Assembly: GCA_963727225.1 (NCBI GenBank)
Contig: CAVSFN010000003.1
Span: forward strand, 15,676-79,675
Source: an uncultured Pseudomonadota bacterium
Lineage (GTDB): Bacteria; Pseudomonadota; Alphaproteobacteria; Rhizobiales; Xanthobacteraceae
Direction: 5' to 3'
Length of the DNA: 64,000 nt
This document shows, piece by piece, positions 37,001 to 46,253 of this stretch. The notes beneath the pieces were generated by a model. That model did not search any database. It saw only the letters and a program-made list of their open reading frames with translations, and was not told the origin of the DNA. Position 1 is the stretch's first letter; each line of letters begins with the position of its first letter. The position numbers were made by a program, and so were the translations under genes.

Positions 37001-37759
37001 GTGCCGAACGCCGGCACCTTGCCCTTCGGACGGCTCGACCGCCGCCGCGCTTTCATTTCCGGCGGAGCACAGGGCATCGGGGCTGCCATTGTGCGAACGT
37101 TTGCTGCCGCCGGCGCCGACGTCGTCATCGGCGATCTCGATATCGCCCGTGCTGCCGATCTCGCCGGGCAGGTCGGCGCGACCGCCGCGCAGCTCGATGT
37201 CACCGACGCCGGTATGGTACAGCAGATCATGTTGCACCACGGACCGTTCGATATTGTCGTCAACAATGCCGGCGCCGATCAGCACGCATTCTTCACCGAC
37301 ACCACCCCGGATGATTGGGCTAAGCTCCTCGCCGTCAATCTGGTCTCGGCCTTTGCCTGCACCCACGCCGCGTTGCCGGCGATGCAGGCGGCCGGTTTCG
37401 GGCGAATCATCAACATCGCCTCCGAGGCCGCGCGACTGGGATCCAAGGGCGGCGCCGCTTACGCCGCTGCCAAGGGCGGCGTCATCGCCTTTACAAAAAG
37501 CATCGCGCGCGAGAATGCGCGCTATGGCATTACCGCGAATGCGATCGCACCCGGACCGATCCGCACCCCGATGCTCGAACAGGCGGTGGCCAAGGGCGGC
37601 GACAAAATTCTCCACGCCATGACGGACGCAACTCTGTTGCGGCGGCTGGGCGAGCCCGAAGAGATTGCCGCCGCGGCGTTGTTCCTGGCCTCCGATCAGG
37701 CGGCCTATATCACCGGTGAAACCATCGGCGTCTCTGGCGGCATGGGACTGGGCGGCTAG
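37001..37759 (+). CDS. Short-chain dehydrogenase/reductase (SDR)
   Basis: Cofactor motif ISGGAQGIGAAI, NNAG, and the catalytic YAAAK. The start could be GTG at 37001 or TTG at 37019. Confidence 0.9.
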   Translation: MPNAGTLPFGRLDRRRAFISGGAQGIGAAIVRTFAAAGADVVIGDLDIARAADLAGQVGATAAQLDVTDAGMVQQIMLHHGPFDIVVNNAGADQHAFFTDTTPDDWAKLLAVNLVSAFACTHAALPAMQAAGFGRIINIASEAARLGSKGGAAYAAAKGGVIAFTKSIARENARYGITANAIAPGPIRTPMLEQAVAKGGDKILHAMTDATLLRRLGEPEEIAAAALFLASDQAAYITGETIGVSGGMGLGG

Positions 37760-37760
37760 C

Positions 37761-38693
37761 ATGACGCGCACCAGCGAGGACATTGCGACCCCGCTCGATC
37801 TCGTGATCGAGCGCATCCGGCGTGTCTATCGCGGTTGGAACCGGAACACATCGGTGGCGCAGATGCGCATCGACTGGGATGCCGCTTTTCAAGCGGACAT
37901 TGCGCCGATCTCGCATCACCGTGTCTCGGTGGCCGGAGTGGGTGGCGAATGGATCGCAGGCACTAACGCGCCGCACGACAAGGCGATTCTCTATTTCCAC
38001 GGTGGCGGCTTTCGGCTCGGCTCGGTGTCGTCGCATCGCGAATTGATTGCGCGAATTGCCGGGGCGAGCGGCTGCCGGGTGCTCGCGATCAACTACCGGC
38101 TGGCGCCGGAATATCGTTTTCCAGCACCGCTCGAGGATGCCCTGGCCGCCTATGGCTGGATGCTCGATCAGGGATTGAGGCCTGAAAACATCGCCCTTGC
38201 TGGAGATTCCGCCGGCGGAAATCTCGTGCTCACGACCATGCTCGGCTTGCGCGAACGCGGCTTGCCACTGCCGGCGGCCGGCGTGCTGATGTCGCCCTGG
38301 ACGGATCTGGCGGCGACCGGCGAGACTTATGTCAGCCGCGCCGATGCCGATCCGATCCACCAGCGGCCGATGATCGCAGCACTGGGGAAAAATTATCTCG
38401 GCGAGGGCGGCGACCCACGCGATCCCCTTGTATCGCCGCTATATGCCGACCTCACCGGGCTGCCGCCGCTGCTGATTCAGGTCGGCGACCGCGAAACGGT
38501 TCTCGCCGATTCTACCATGTTTGCGGACAAAGCGCGCGCTGCCGGCGTCGATGTCGAATTGCAGGTCTGGGACGGCATGATCCACGTCTTTCAGATGTTT
38601 GCGGAGCTTCCGGAAGCACGCCGGGCAATCGCCTCGATCGCCGAGTTTCTCAAACGACGGTTACAAATGACTGCCGACAGGAGGCCACAGTGA
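37761..38693 (+). CDS. Alpha/beta hydrolase fold-3 esterase (HSL type)
   Basis: HGGGF oxyanion motif and the GDSAGGNL nucleophile elbow. ATG at 37761 lies 2 nt after the SDR stop. Confidence 0.88.
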   Translation: MTRTSEDIATPLDLVIERIRRVYRGWNRNTSVAQMRIDWDAAFQADIAPISHHRVSVAGVGGEWIAGTNAPHDKAILYFHGGGFRLGSVSSHRELIARIAGASGCRVLAINYRLAPEYRFPAPLEDALAAYGWMLDQGLRPENIALAGDSAGGNLVLTTMLGLRERGLPLPAAGVLMSPWTDLAATGETYVSRADADPIHQRPMIAALGKNYLGEGGDPRDPLVSPLYADLTGLPPLLIQVGDRETVLADSTMFADKARAAGVDVELQVWDGMIHVFQMFAELPEARRAIASIAEFLKRRLQMTADRRPQ

Positions 38694-39883
38694 ACGTTGT
38701 TCCCGCCGATCGACGCGATTTGACCGATTCCGAATTCCATTTTTCGGAACAGCCTGAGTTATCCGAGGAGTTGCGGATGCTGCGCGAGCAGGTCCGCCGC
38801 TTTGTCGAGAAGGAGGTCGTCCCCTTTGGGGAGCAGTGGGAGCGCGACGGCAAAATCCCTCGTGAGATTTTCCGGCGGATGGGAGCGCTCGGCTTTCTCG
38901 GCATGCGTCACCCCGTCGAATATGGCGGCACTGCGATGGGACCGTTGGCGTCGTTGGTTTTTGCGGAGGAACTGGGCCGTTCGACGTTTGGCGGTTTCAC
39001 CTCATCGACATTGGTCCACAGCGACATGTCGGCCATTCACATCACCCTGCGCGGCACGGCGCGACAAAAGGAAAAATATCTTCCCGCGATCATTCGCGGC
39101 GAGACCATTTGCTCCATCGCTGTCACCGAACCCGATGCCGGCTCCGATGTCGCCGGGCTGAAGACGCGCGCGCGCCGCGACGGCAATTCCTGGGTGATCA
39201 ACGGCGCCAAGATGTTCATCACCAATGCCGTCTATGGCGACATTCTGATCGTGGCGGCCCGCACCGACCCGGAAGCAAAGGGCAGCCGCGGGTTATCGCT
39301 GTTCATCGTCGAGCGAACGACGCCGGGCGTATCCGTCACAAAACTCGACAAGCATGGCTGGCTCTGCTCCGACACCGCGGAAATCGGCTTTCAGGATGTC
39401 CGCATTCCCTTGGGCAATCTGCTCGGCGACGAGAACAGGGGTTTCTATGGCATCATGGAAACCTTCGAGAACGAGCGCATCTGCATCGGCGGAATCTGCG
39501 CCGGCGAATGCGCCAAGGCGATCGAGCTGACCGCGAATTATGTGCGAAGCCGCCAGGCGTTCGGCGGTTCGCTATGGAACCAGCAGGCGGTGCGGCTCAA
39601 GCTTGCGATGCTCGCCACCAAAGCTGCCGCCGCCCGCGCGCTGGCCTATCATGCCGCGGAACTCGCCGAGGCCGGCCGCGATTGCGCGCGCGAAGTGTCC
39701 ATGGTCAAGGCGCTGTCGCCGGAAGTTCTGCAGGAGGTCGTGCATGGCTGCCTGCAGCTGCATGGCGGCACCGGCTTCATGCGCGGCACACCGATCGAGC
39801 GGATGGTCCGCGACGCGCGCGTGCTCACGATCGGCGGCGGCGCGACTGAAGTCATGCTCGAGGAAGTCGCCAAGCGGATGTGA
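38690..39883 (+). CDS. Acyl-CoA dehydrogenase
   Basis: CSIAVTEPDAGSDVAG, and C-terminal QLHGGTGFMRGTPIERMVRDARVLTIGGGATEV. The GTG start overlaps the upstream stop (GTGA). Confidence 0.92.
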   Translation: MNVVPADRRDLTDSEFHFSEQPELSEELRMLREQVRRFVEKEVVPFGEQWERDGKIPREIFRRMGALGFLGMRHPVEYGGTAMGPLASLVFAEELGRSTFGGFTSSTLVHSDMSAIHITLRGTARQKEKYLPAIIRGETICSIAVTEPDAGSDVAGLKTRARRDGNSWVINGAKMFITNAVYGDILIVAARTDPEAKGSRGLSLFIVERTTPGVSVTKLDKHGWLCSDTAEIGFQDVRIPLGNLLGDENRGFYGIMETFENERICIGGICAGECAKAIELTANYVRSRQAFGGSLWNQQAVRLKLAMLATKAAAARALAYHAAELAEAGRDCAREVSMVKALSPEVLQEVVHGCLQLHGGTGFMRGTPIERMVRDARVLTIGGGATEVMLEEVAKRM

Positions 39884-39948
39884 GAGGCCGCCGCCAGGCT
39901 GACCACAACGGCGTGCGATAACGAGAACCGGAACAAGAGGATCGAGGG

Positions 39949-40338
39949 ATGGAAAACCGCAATGCTGCAGATCTGGCCCGCGCCTTTTACACGGCGCTCG
40001 CCGCTGGTGACCGTGCTCAACTGGACGCGCTACTGCACCCGGAATTCACCGGCCGCACCGCCGAGGGAATGCCGTTTGGCATTGGCGGTCATCATGACAG
40101 TCCAACCGCGATGCGCCGCAACGCCTGGGGCGCGATCGCCCGCCATTTCGATGCGCGCGCCGAACCGGAGCGATTTATCGATCTGCCCGATGGCGGCTTG
40201 CTGGTGACGGGCCGCTATCGCGGCCAAGGCAAGCAGGGCGGCGTTACCCTTGACGCAGACTTTGCGCATCTGATGACGATCGATCAGGGGCGTATCCGCC
40301 GAACTCGAGCAATACACCGACACCGCGCGCTGGCGTGA
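39949..40338 (+). CDS. SnoaL/NTF2-like protein (3' end probably frameshifted)
   Basis: DLARAFYTALAAGDRAQLDALLHPEF is a typical SnoaL-like N-terminus. The last 14 codons (IRRTRAIHRHRALA) look out of frame; see the finding at 40290-40400. Confidence 0.7.
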   Translation: MENRNAADLARAFYTALAAGDRAQLDALLHPEFTGRTAEGMPFGIGGHHDSPTAMRRNAWGAIARHFDARAEPERFIDLPDGGLLVTGRYRGQGKQGGVTLDADFAHLMTIDQGRIRRTRAIHRHRALA

Positions 40339-40392
40339 GGCCGGCGGCCCCCTGCGGGCCGTGCTGCTCGATTTCGCGATGGCGTCGCGACC

Positions 40393-41136
40393 TTGCGCCT
40401 CAACCGTCCGGAGCAGGGCAACGCGATCAATCCCGAAATGGCCGCCGATCTCGCCGAGGCGGCGACCCAGATAGCCGAGAACGCCAGCGTTCGCGCCGTC
40501 CTGATCGCCGGCAGTGGAACGAATTTTACGGTCGGCGGCGACCTCGGCGTATTCGCCGGAACGGCGCGCGAACAATTACCGAACCGGCTGCGCCGCATGA
40601 TCGACAGCTATCATCTCGCGATCGAGCGGCTGACGAGCATCGACGCGCCCGTTGTCGCGGCCGTGCGCGGCGGCGCGGGCGGCGGCGGATTGGGCCTGCT
40701 CTATGCCGCCGATATTGTTATTGCGGCCGACGACGCGCGGTTTGCTCTCGGCTACGGCGCGCTGGGCTTGACGGCGGATGGCGGCAACACCTGGTTTCTT
40801 CCGCGCATGGTGGGGATGCGGCAGGCGCAGCAGCTCTTCCTGCTCAATCGTCGCCTGAACGCGCAGGAAGCCCTCGCCTATGGGCTGGTGTCGCGTCTGG
40901 CTCCGAGCGATGCGGTGGAGACTGAGGCTGCCGCGCTCGCCGCCACACTCGCTGCCGGTCCGACGCGCGCCTACGGCGCCGTTCGCCGCATGCTGCGTCA
41001 GTCTTTCGAGACCGGTCTTTCGGATCAGCTTGACGCCGAAAAGGAATTGATCGTCGCCGCCAGCCGGTCCGACGATGCGCAAGAGGGAATTGCCGCCTTC
41101 GTCGCCAAGCGCCGCCCGCAATTCCGGGGCCAATAA
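40393..41136 (+). CDS. Enoyl-CoA hydratase/isomerase family protein (5' end uncertain)
   Basis: LNRPEQGNAINPEM...IAGSGTNFTVGGD. The only in-frame start is TTG at 40393, and it removes the conserved first beta-strand. The upstream sequence encodes RDGVATLRL in the same frame. Confidence 0.8.
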   Translation: MRLNRPEQGNAINPEMAADLAEAATQIAENASVRAVLIAGSGTNFTVGGDLGVFAGTAREQLPNRLRRMIDSYHLAIERLTSIDAPVVAAVRGGAGGGGLGLLYAADIVIAADDARFALGYGALGLTADGGNTWFLPRMVGMRQAQQLFLLNRRLNAQEALAYGLVSRLAPSDAVETEAAALAATLAAGPTRAYGAVRRMLRQSFETGLSDQLDAEKELIVAASRSDDAQEGIAAFVAKRRPQFRGQ

Positions 41137-41192
41137 CGAAAATCGGCGGTCGTCGCTGGCTGCCGATATCTGATTTTTGGAATATGCGGCTT

Positions 41193-42353
41193 TCAGTTCA
41201 CCGGCTTGTAGCTCAGCGTACTGAACTCGGCCTGCATGATCTTGAGCTTCTGGTTGGAGAAGCGCACGCCCGGCCCGAAGCCGATCGGGGTCATCACGCC
41301 GGTGTCGAGATTTTTCGTCTTTTCGACTTCGGCGATGGTGCAGGCCCAGCTGATGTCCTTGCCGCAGCGTCCGATCGCGTCGAACAGCACTTTTGCGGCG
41401 GCATAGCCCGTCATTGTGTAGCGGTTGATGCCCTTGAACTCGGCTTCCTGGAGCAGGGGTTTGGCCTTTGCGAGAAAGGCCTGTCCGGCGGACCCGGCGA
41501 AGGGTTCGACGTAGTCGACGGCATAGATGCCGTCGCTGGCCGAACCCATCAGCTTCAGCACGATCTCGATGCGGCCCGGCCAGAAGATGCCGATCACCGG
41601 CTTCACATTGAGCTTCTCCAGTTCCTTGATCATCGCCACGTTCTCGCCGATGATGCCGCCGGCAAGAAACACTTCCACGCCCGCATCCTTCAGCCGAAGC
41701 ATCTCCGACGAAAAATCCTGCTGGCCTTTCTTGTAGTCGCCGCTGTAGACGACGTTCAGCTTCTTGTCCCTGACCACCGCGTCGAAGCCGTCGTGCACGG
41801 CGATGCCGTAGTCGTCGTCCTGCGTGATCAATCCCCATTTCTTGCCGGGGTTTTTATCCGCCAGATAGGTCACGAGATCCCGGATACCCTCTTCGTAAGC
41901 TTGTCCGACGATGAAGACGTTCTTGCGTGGCGGCTCCCACAAGGGCTTGACTGGGCCGACGCTGATGACCGTGGGAATTCCCGATTTCTCGAGCACCGGC
42001 ATGGCCGCGATCGACTGGCCGGACCCCGAGATTCCGAGCATCGCGAACACCTTGTCGACATCGATCACCTTGCGCAGCCCCTGGATGGTCCTTGCTGTGA
42101 CGTACCCATCGTCTTCCAGCACGTATTTGATCTTGCGGCCGTTGATACCGCCCGCGGCGTTGATTTCCGCGATCGCGATCTTCACGCCGATGGTATGGCC
42201 GACGCCGAGAATGGCCGGCGGTCCCGTGAGTGGTTCGACGTCGCCGATCAGGATTTCGGTATCGGTGAAACCCGGGTCGGCCGCAAGCGCACGTCCATCC
42301 GTCAGATAGGCACCCGCGAGCAGGATCGACGCGGTCGCCAGATACTTGATCAT
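41193..42353 (-). CDS. ABC transporter substrate-binding protein (LivJ/PBP1 family)
   Basis: Signal peptide MIKYLATASILLAGAYLTDGRALA, then TDTEILIGDVEPLTGPPAILG...AIAEINAAGGINGRKI. GGAGGG RBS before ATG 42353. Confidence 0.9.
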   Translation of the reverse strand: MIKYLATASILLAGAYLTDGRALAADPGFTDTEILIGDVEPLTGPPAILGVGHTIGVKIAIAEINAAGGINGRKIKYVLEDDGYVTARTIQGLRKVIDVDKVFAMLGISGSGQSIAAMPVLEKSGIPTVISVGPVKPLWEPPRKNVFIVGQAYEEGIRDLVTYLADKNPGKKWGLITQDDDYGIAVHDGFDAVVRDKKLNVVYSGDYKKGQQDFSSEMLRLKDAGVEVFLAGGIIGENVAMIKELEKLNVKPVIGIFWPGRIEIVLKLMGSASDGIYAVDYVEPFAGSAGQAFLAKAKPLLQEAEFKGINRYTMTGYAAAKVLFDAIGRCGKDISWACTIAEVEKTKNLDTGVMTPIGFGPGVRFSNQKLKIMQAEFSTLSYKPVN

Positions 42354-42391
42354 CATTCCCTCCATGATTGCCGCTGGATGCGGCGTATTTT

Positions 42392-43438
42392 TCAATAGCG
42401 CAGCGGCCAGTTCACCCAGAGCCGCCTTATGTCGTGCCACGCGCCGACCAGGCCGCGCGGCTGAAAACGCAGAAACAGGATAATGACGAGGCCGTAGAGC
42501 ATGCTTTTCAGCTCCTGCGCGCCGGTCGAGAACAGGGCGTTAATCTGGGCGCTGAACAGGCTGAACACGAGCCGGGTGGCTTCCGGCAGCAACACGATCA
42601 GGATCGTTCCCAACACCGCGCCGAGCGCCGAGCCGAGGCCGCCGACGATTAAAATCGCCAGCGCCTCGATGCTCAGCAAGAACGGAAAGCCCTCGACACT
42701 GACAAAGGAGAGATAAATCCCGTACAGCGCCCCGGCGATGCCGGTGATGAAGGCGCTGGTGACAAAGGCGAACAGCTTGTAGGCGTGCAGATTGATGCCC
42801 ATGACGCGGGCCGCGGTGTCGTTATCCCGTATCGCGACAAAGGCACGTCCGACCCGGCTGCGCCTTATATTGAGCGTGGCGAACAGAGTGAGGATCGCAA
42901 AGCCGAGGCACAGCTGGGTAAAGGCGGTATCGCTGTCGAAACTCACGCCGAATATTTCCGGACGCTGCACCGCAATACCACGGGCGCCGTTGGTGACCGT
43001 TCGCGCCTCCAGGATGACGGTATTGATGATGAATGAGAACGCGAGCGTCGTTATCGCCAAATAAAGGCCCTTGAGACGCAGTGACGGCGCGCCGACCACC
43101 AGGCTTGCCAGCGCCGGGATGATGCCGGCGCCGAGGAATCCCACCAGCGGTGACAACCCGTATCTGGAAACCAGCACGGCATAGGCGTAGGCGCCGGTGA
43201 CCAGGAAGCCGACATGGCCGAGCGAGATCAGGCCGGTATAGCCCGTGAGAATATTGAGGCCGAGCGCGCCGACCACCGTGATCAGAATGATCGTCAGGAA
43301 GGAAAGCGCGTAGGAGTTCAAGAGATAGGGTGCCGCGATCAGCGCGGCGACAAGGAGCAGCGACCACAGCCAGACCGGACGTGAGTCCGTGAGTGCGACG
43401 AGCTCGCCATAGGTTTCCTTGAAATCGCCGCTGCGCAT
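42392..43438 (-). CDS. Branched-chain-amino-acid-type ABC permease (LivM-like)
   Basis: Multi-pass membrane protein containing LNILTGYTGLISLGHVGF, typical of LivM. Confidence 0.9.
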   Translation of the reverse strand: MRSGDFKETYGELVALTDSRPVWLWSLLLVAALIAAPYLLNSYALSFLTIILITVVGALGLNILTGYTGLISLGHVGFLVTGAYAYAVLVSRYGLSPLVGFLGAGIIPALASLVVGAPSLRLKGLYLAITTLAFSFIINTVILEARTVTNGARGIAVQRPEIFGVSFDSDTAFTQLCLGFAILTLFATLNIRRSRVGRAFVAIRDNDTAARVMGINLHAYKLFAFVTSAFITGIAGALYGIYLSFVSVEGFPFLLSIEALAILIVGGLGSALGAVLGTILIVLLPEATRLVFSLFSAQINALFSTGAQELKSMLYGLVIILFLRFQPRGLVGAWHDIRRLWVNWPLRY

Positions 43439-43444
43439 CGCCGC

Positions 43445-44317
43445 TCAGACCCTTTCGATGTCGCGTTCGCCAAAGATTCCGAATGGCCGGATCATCAGCA
43501 CCACGATGATCATCGCAAAGCCCGCCACCTCCTTCATGGCCGAGCCGAGATAGCCGCCGGCAAGGTTTTCCGTGATTCCGATCAGGAGGCCGCCGAGACC
43601 CGATCCGAGCACGGCATCGAGGCCGCCGAGGATGGTAGCCGGGAATGCTTTCAGGCCAAGCTGATACATCGCCGGTGAAAGATCGTAGGAAAGTGCGAAG
43701 AAGACGCCGGCGATGCCCGCGATCACCGATGACGCGGCCCAGGCGATCGCATGAACCCGGGTCGCGCTGATACCCATCAGCAGCGCGGTACGGTCGTCGG
43801 CCGCGACCGCGCGCATCGCGATGCCGAATTTGCTGTAGCGAAAGAAGGCCCACAGGATCGCGAGCATCAGCAGCAGCGTCGCGATCACTGCTATCTGGCC
43901 GGTGCGAACGCCGATACCGCCGACGCGGACGATGTCGCGGCCGATGCCCAAATCAAGCCCATGGGGGTAGGCGTCCCAGATGAAGCCGATCGACGAGCGC
44001 AGGATGACCGCAAGCCCGATTGTCACCATCACGGTGGCGAACACCGGCTCGCCCAGCATCGGCCGCATGACGAGGCGCTCGATGACGAGGCCGAGCAGAA
44101 CGGCAAATAAAATGGCGCCAAACGCGACCACGAAGACATTGCCGCTGACCGTGGTCGAAATGGTCCATGCGACATAGGCTACCATCATGGTCATCTCGCC
44201 TTGCGCGAAATTGACCAGGCCGGTCGACTTGTAGATCACCGCAAAGCCCATCGCGATCAGGCCATAGATCGCGCCGATGGCGAGTCCGGAGACCAGAAGC
44301 TGGACCAGATATGCCAT
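43445..44317 (-). CDS. Branched-chain-amino-acid-type ABC permease (LivH-like)
   Basis: MAYLVQLLVSGLAIGAIYGLIAMGFAVIYKSTGLVNFAQGE is a typical LivH N-terminus. Confidence 0.9.
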   Translation of the reverse strand: MAYLVQLLVSGLAIGAIYGLIAMGFAVIYKSTGLVNFAQGEMTMMVAYVAWTISTTVSGNVFVVAFGAILFAVLLGLVIERLVMRPMLGEPVFATVMVTIGLAVILRSSIGFIWDAYPHGLDLGIGRDIVRVGGIGVRTGQIAVIATLLLMLAILWAFFRYSKFGIAMRAVAADDRTALLMGISATRVHAIAWAASSVIAGIAGVFFALSYDLSPAMYQLGLKAFPATILGGLDAVLGSGLGGLLIGITENLAGGYLGSAMKEVAGFAMIIVVLMIRPFGIFGERDIERV

Positions 44318-46253
44318 CAGCCCGCCGCTCCATAGATGATCTCCAGTTCGCGCGCGAATTTCTTCTCGATCATGGCGCGGCGCACCTTTTGCGTGGCCGT
44401 CAGCTCGCCGTCATCGTGATCGAGTTCCTTCTCCAGGATGGCGAAGCGGCGGACGTTCTCGACCCGGGCGAACCGCTTGTTGGTGGCGGCGACAATGCCG
44501 TCGACCAGCTCGTGCACCTCGGGAAGCTGGGCGAGGGATTTGTAATTGGTGTAGGCCAGCGCCTTGTCGCGCGCCCACCGCCCCACGGTGTCGTAATCGA
44601 CCTGAATGATGGCGCCGAGATATTTGCGGGCCTCGCCGACCACGATTGCTTCCTTGATGAATTCGCTATCCTTGAGCGCATTCTCGATCTCGGAAGGGGC
44701 AATGTTCTTGCCGCCCGCGGTGATGATGATCGCCTTCTTGCGGTCGACCACGGTGATCTCACCATTGTCCATGATGTCGACGATATCGCCGCTCCGCAAC
44801 CATCCGCCGGGCTCGAGCGATGCGGTCGAGGCCTTCTCGTCGAGGAAATAGCCTTTGAAGACGCCGGGATTCCTCAGAGAATCTCGCCGTCGGTGTCGCG
44901 CTTCCATTCAGTCCGGGGCAGCGGCAGGCCGCATCCGCCGAGGCGGTGATGGGCGCCGTGCTGGACGAAGGCGACGCCGCCGGATTCGGTCAAGCCATAG
45001 CCTTGCGACACCGGGCGCCCGATGATGTCGAAGAACCGCAGCGTTTCCGGCGATATCGATGCGCCGGCGCAGAGGCGATGCCGGCTGCGGCTCAATCCGA
45101 GATGCCGCTGGATATTCCGGAACATCAGGATGTAGAGCAGGCCGTAGGCGACCCGATCGCCCAGCGTCCGGGTTCCGCCTGTGGATTGTCGGCGATCCGA
45201 CAGCTTGCGGCCCAGCGCAAAACAGACTTTTGCAAAACGCTGCCGCAGCCATCCGCTCTCGCCGAGCTTGAAGAGGAAATGCTGCTGCAGCTTTTCGTAG
45301 ATGCGGGGAACGCCGACGAAGAAAGTCGGCGCAATCTCCCGGATATTGACGGCAACCGTATCGATCAACTCGGCAAAGTTGACGGTGCCGCCGAGAACAA
45401 GCTGCATCACCTCGGAATAGCAGCGCTCGGCAACGTGGCAAAGCGGCAGGTAACAAACCGATTCAAACGGCTTGTCGGCGATCTCGACCGCGCCGGCATA
45501 GGCAAATGCCGCATAAACCAGATTGCGATGCGTGAGCATGGCGCCTTTCGGCGGGCCGGTGGTGCCCGAGGTATAGACCAGGATGCAGACGTCGTCCGGC
45601 GATGCCTGGTCGGTCAGGCGATCGAGGGTTGCGTTCGCGTCAGGCTGTGCAAGGGCATAGCTGTTGCCGAGTTCGCACAGCGCTTCGAACGACATCAGTT
45701 GCTTCTGGCGATAGTGCCGCAAGCCCTTCATGTCGATGCAGACGATCGCCTCGAGCGCGGGCAGCCCGTCATCGGCCAGGGCGTCGAGCACCTTGTCGGT
45801 TTGCTCCTGATCGCCGGTCACGACGACGCGCGCGCCGCAGTGCCGAACGATGTACTGCAACTCAACCCATGGATTGGTCGGATAGATACCGACCGCGATC
45901 GCACCGATCATCTGGATGCCGAGATCGGCGTAAAACCATTCAGGCGTATCTTCGCCTGCAATGGCGACGCGGTCGCCGGGTTTGATTCCGAGCGACATCA
46001 GGCCAAGCGCGACCAGCCGCGCCGTCGCGTAGTAGTGGCTCCAGGAATAGCGCTTCCAGATCCCGTGCTCCTTCTCGCGCAGGGCGAGCCGGTCGCCATC
46101 GAGCCCGGCACGCTGGCGCAGCAGTTGCGGAATCGTGATCGCGGCGTCCTGCAGCGCATTGTGCAATGAGGTGACATCGGCCGCGACGGTCGCTCGCGCC
46201 AGCGTCGCTGGAATCGGCGGGTGCACGGTTCGCATGCTTTCAAGCGTTGACAT
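44317..46253 (-). pseudogene. Long-chain acyl-CoA ligase embedded in the ABC operon, split by a 1-nt frameshift
   Basis: The N-terminal ORF (46253-44874) carries YTSGTTGPPKGAMLTH and ends ...DTDGEIL*. The C-terminal ORF (44907-44317) continues ...LRNPGVFKGYFLDE...GWLRSGD...KIAPSEIE. A -1 shift at 44874-44882 restores GEILLRNPGVFKGY. Confidence 0.8.

Noticed and set aside
40576-42398. Long ORFs 40576..41838 (-) and 41184..42398 (+) spanning the crotonase and binding-protein genes. Also 44946..46169 (+), 47076..48206 (+), 48255..49301 (+), 58321..59370 (-), 59392..60468 (-), 60213..61370 (-) and 61469..62239 (-).
   Set aside because: All are antisense or alternative-frame shadows of genes with strong family signatures. 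Their sequences are dominated by R/D/H/G/A runs.
44870-44885. Programmed -1 ribosomal frameshift in the acyl-CoA ligase
   Set aside because: There is no X-XXY-YYZ slippery heptamer at the site (AUU CUC UGA) and no obvious downstream pseudoknot or hairpin. A 1-nt deletion or a sequencing error in the CTC(C) run is simpler.
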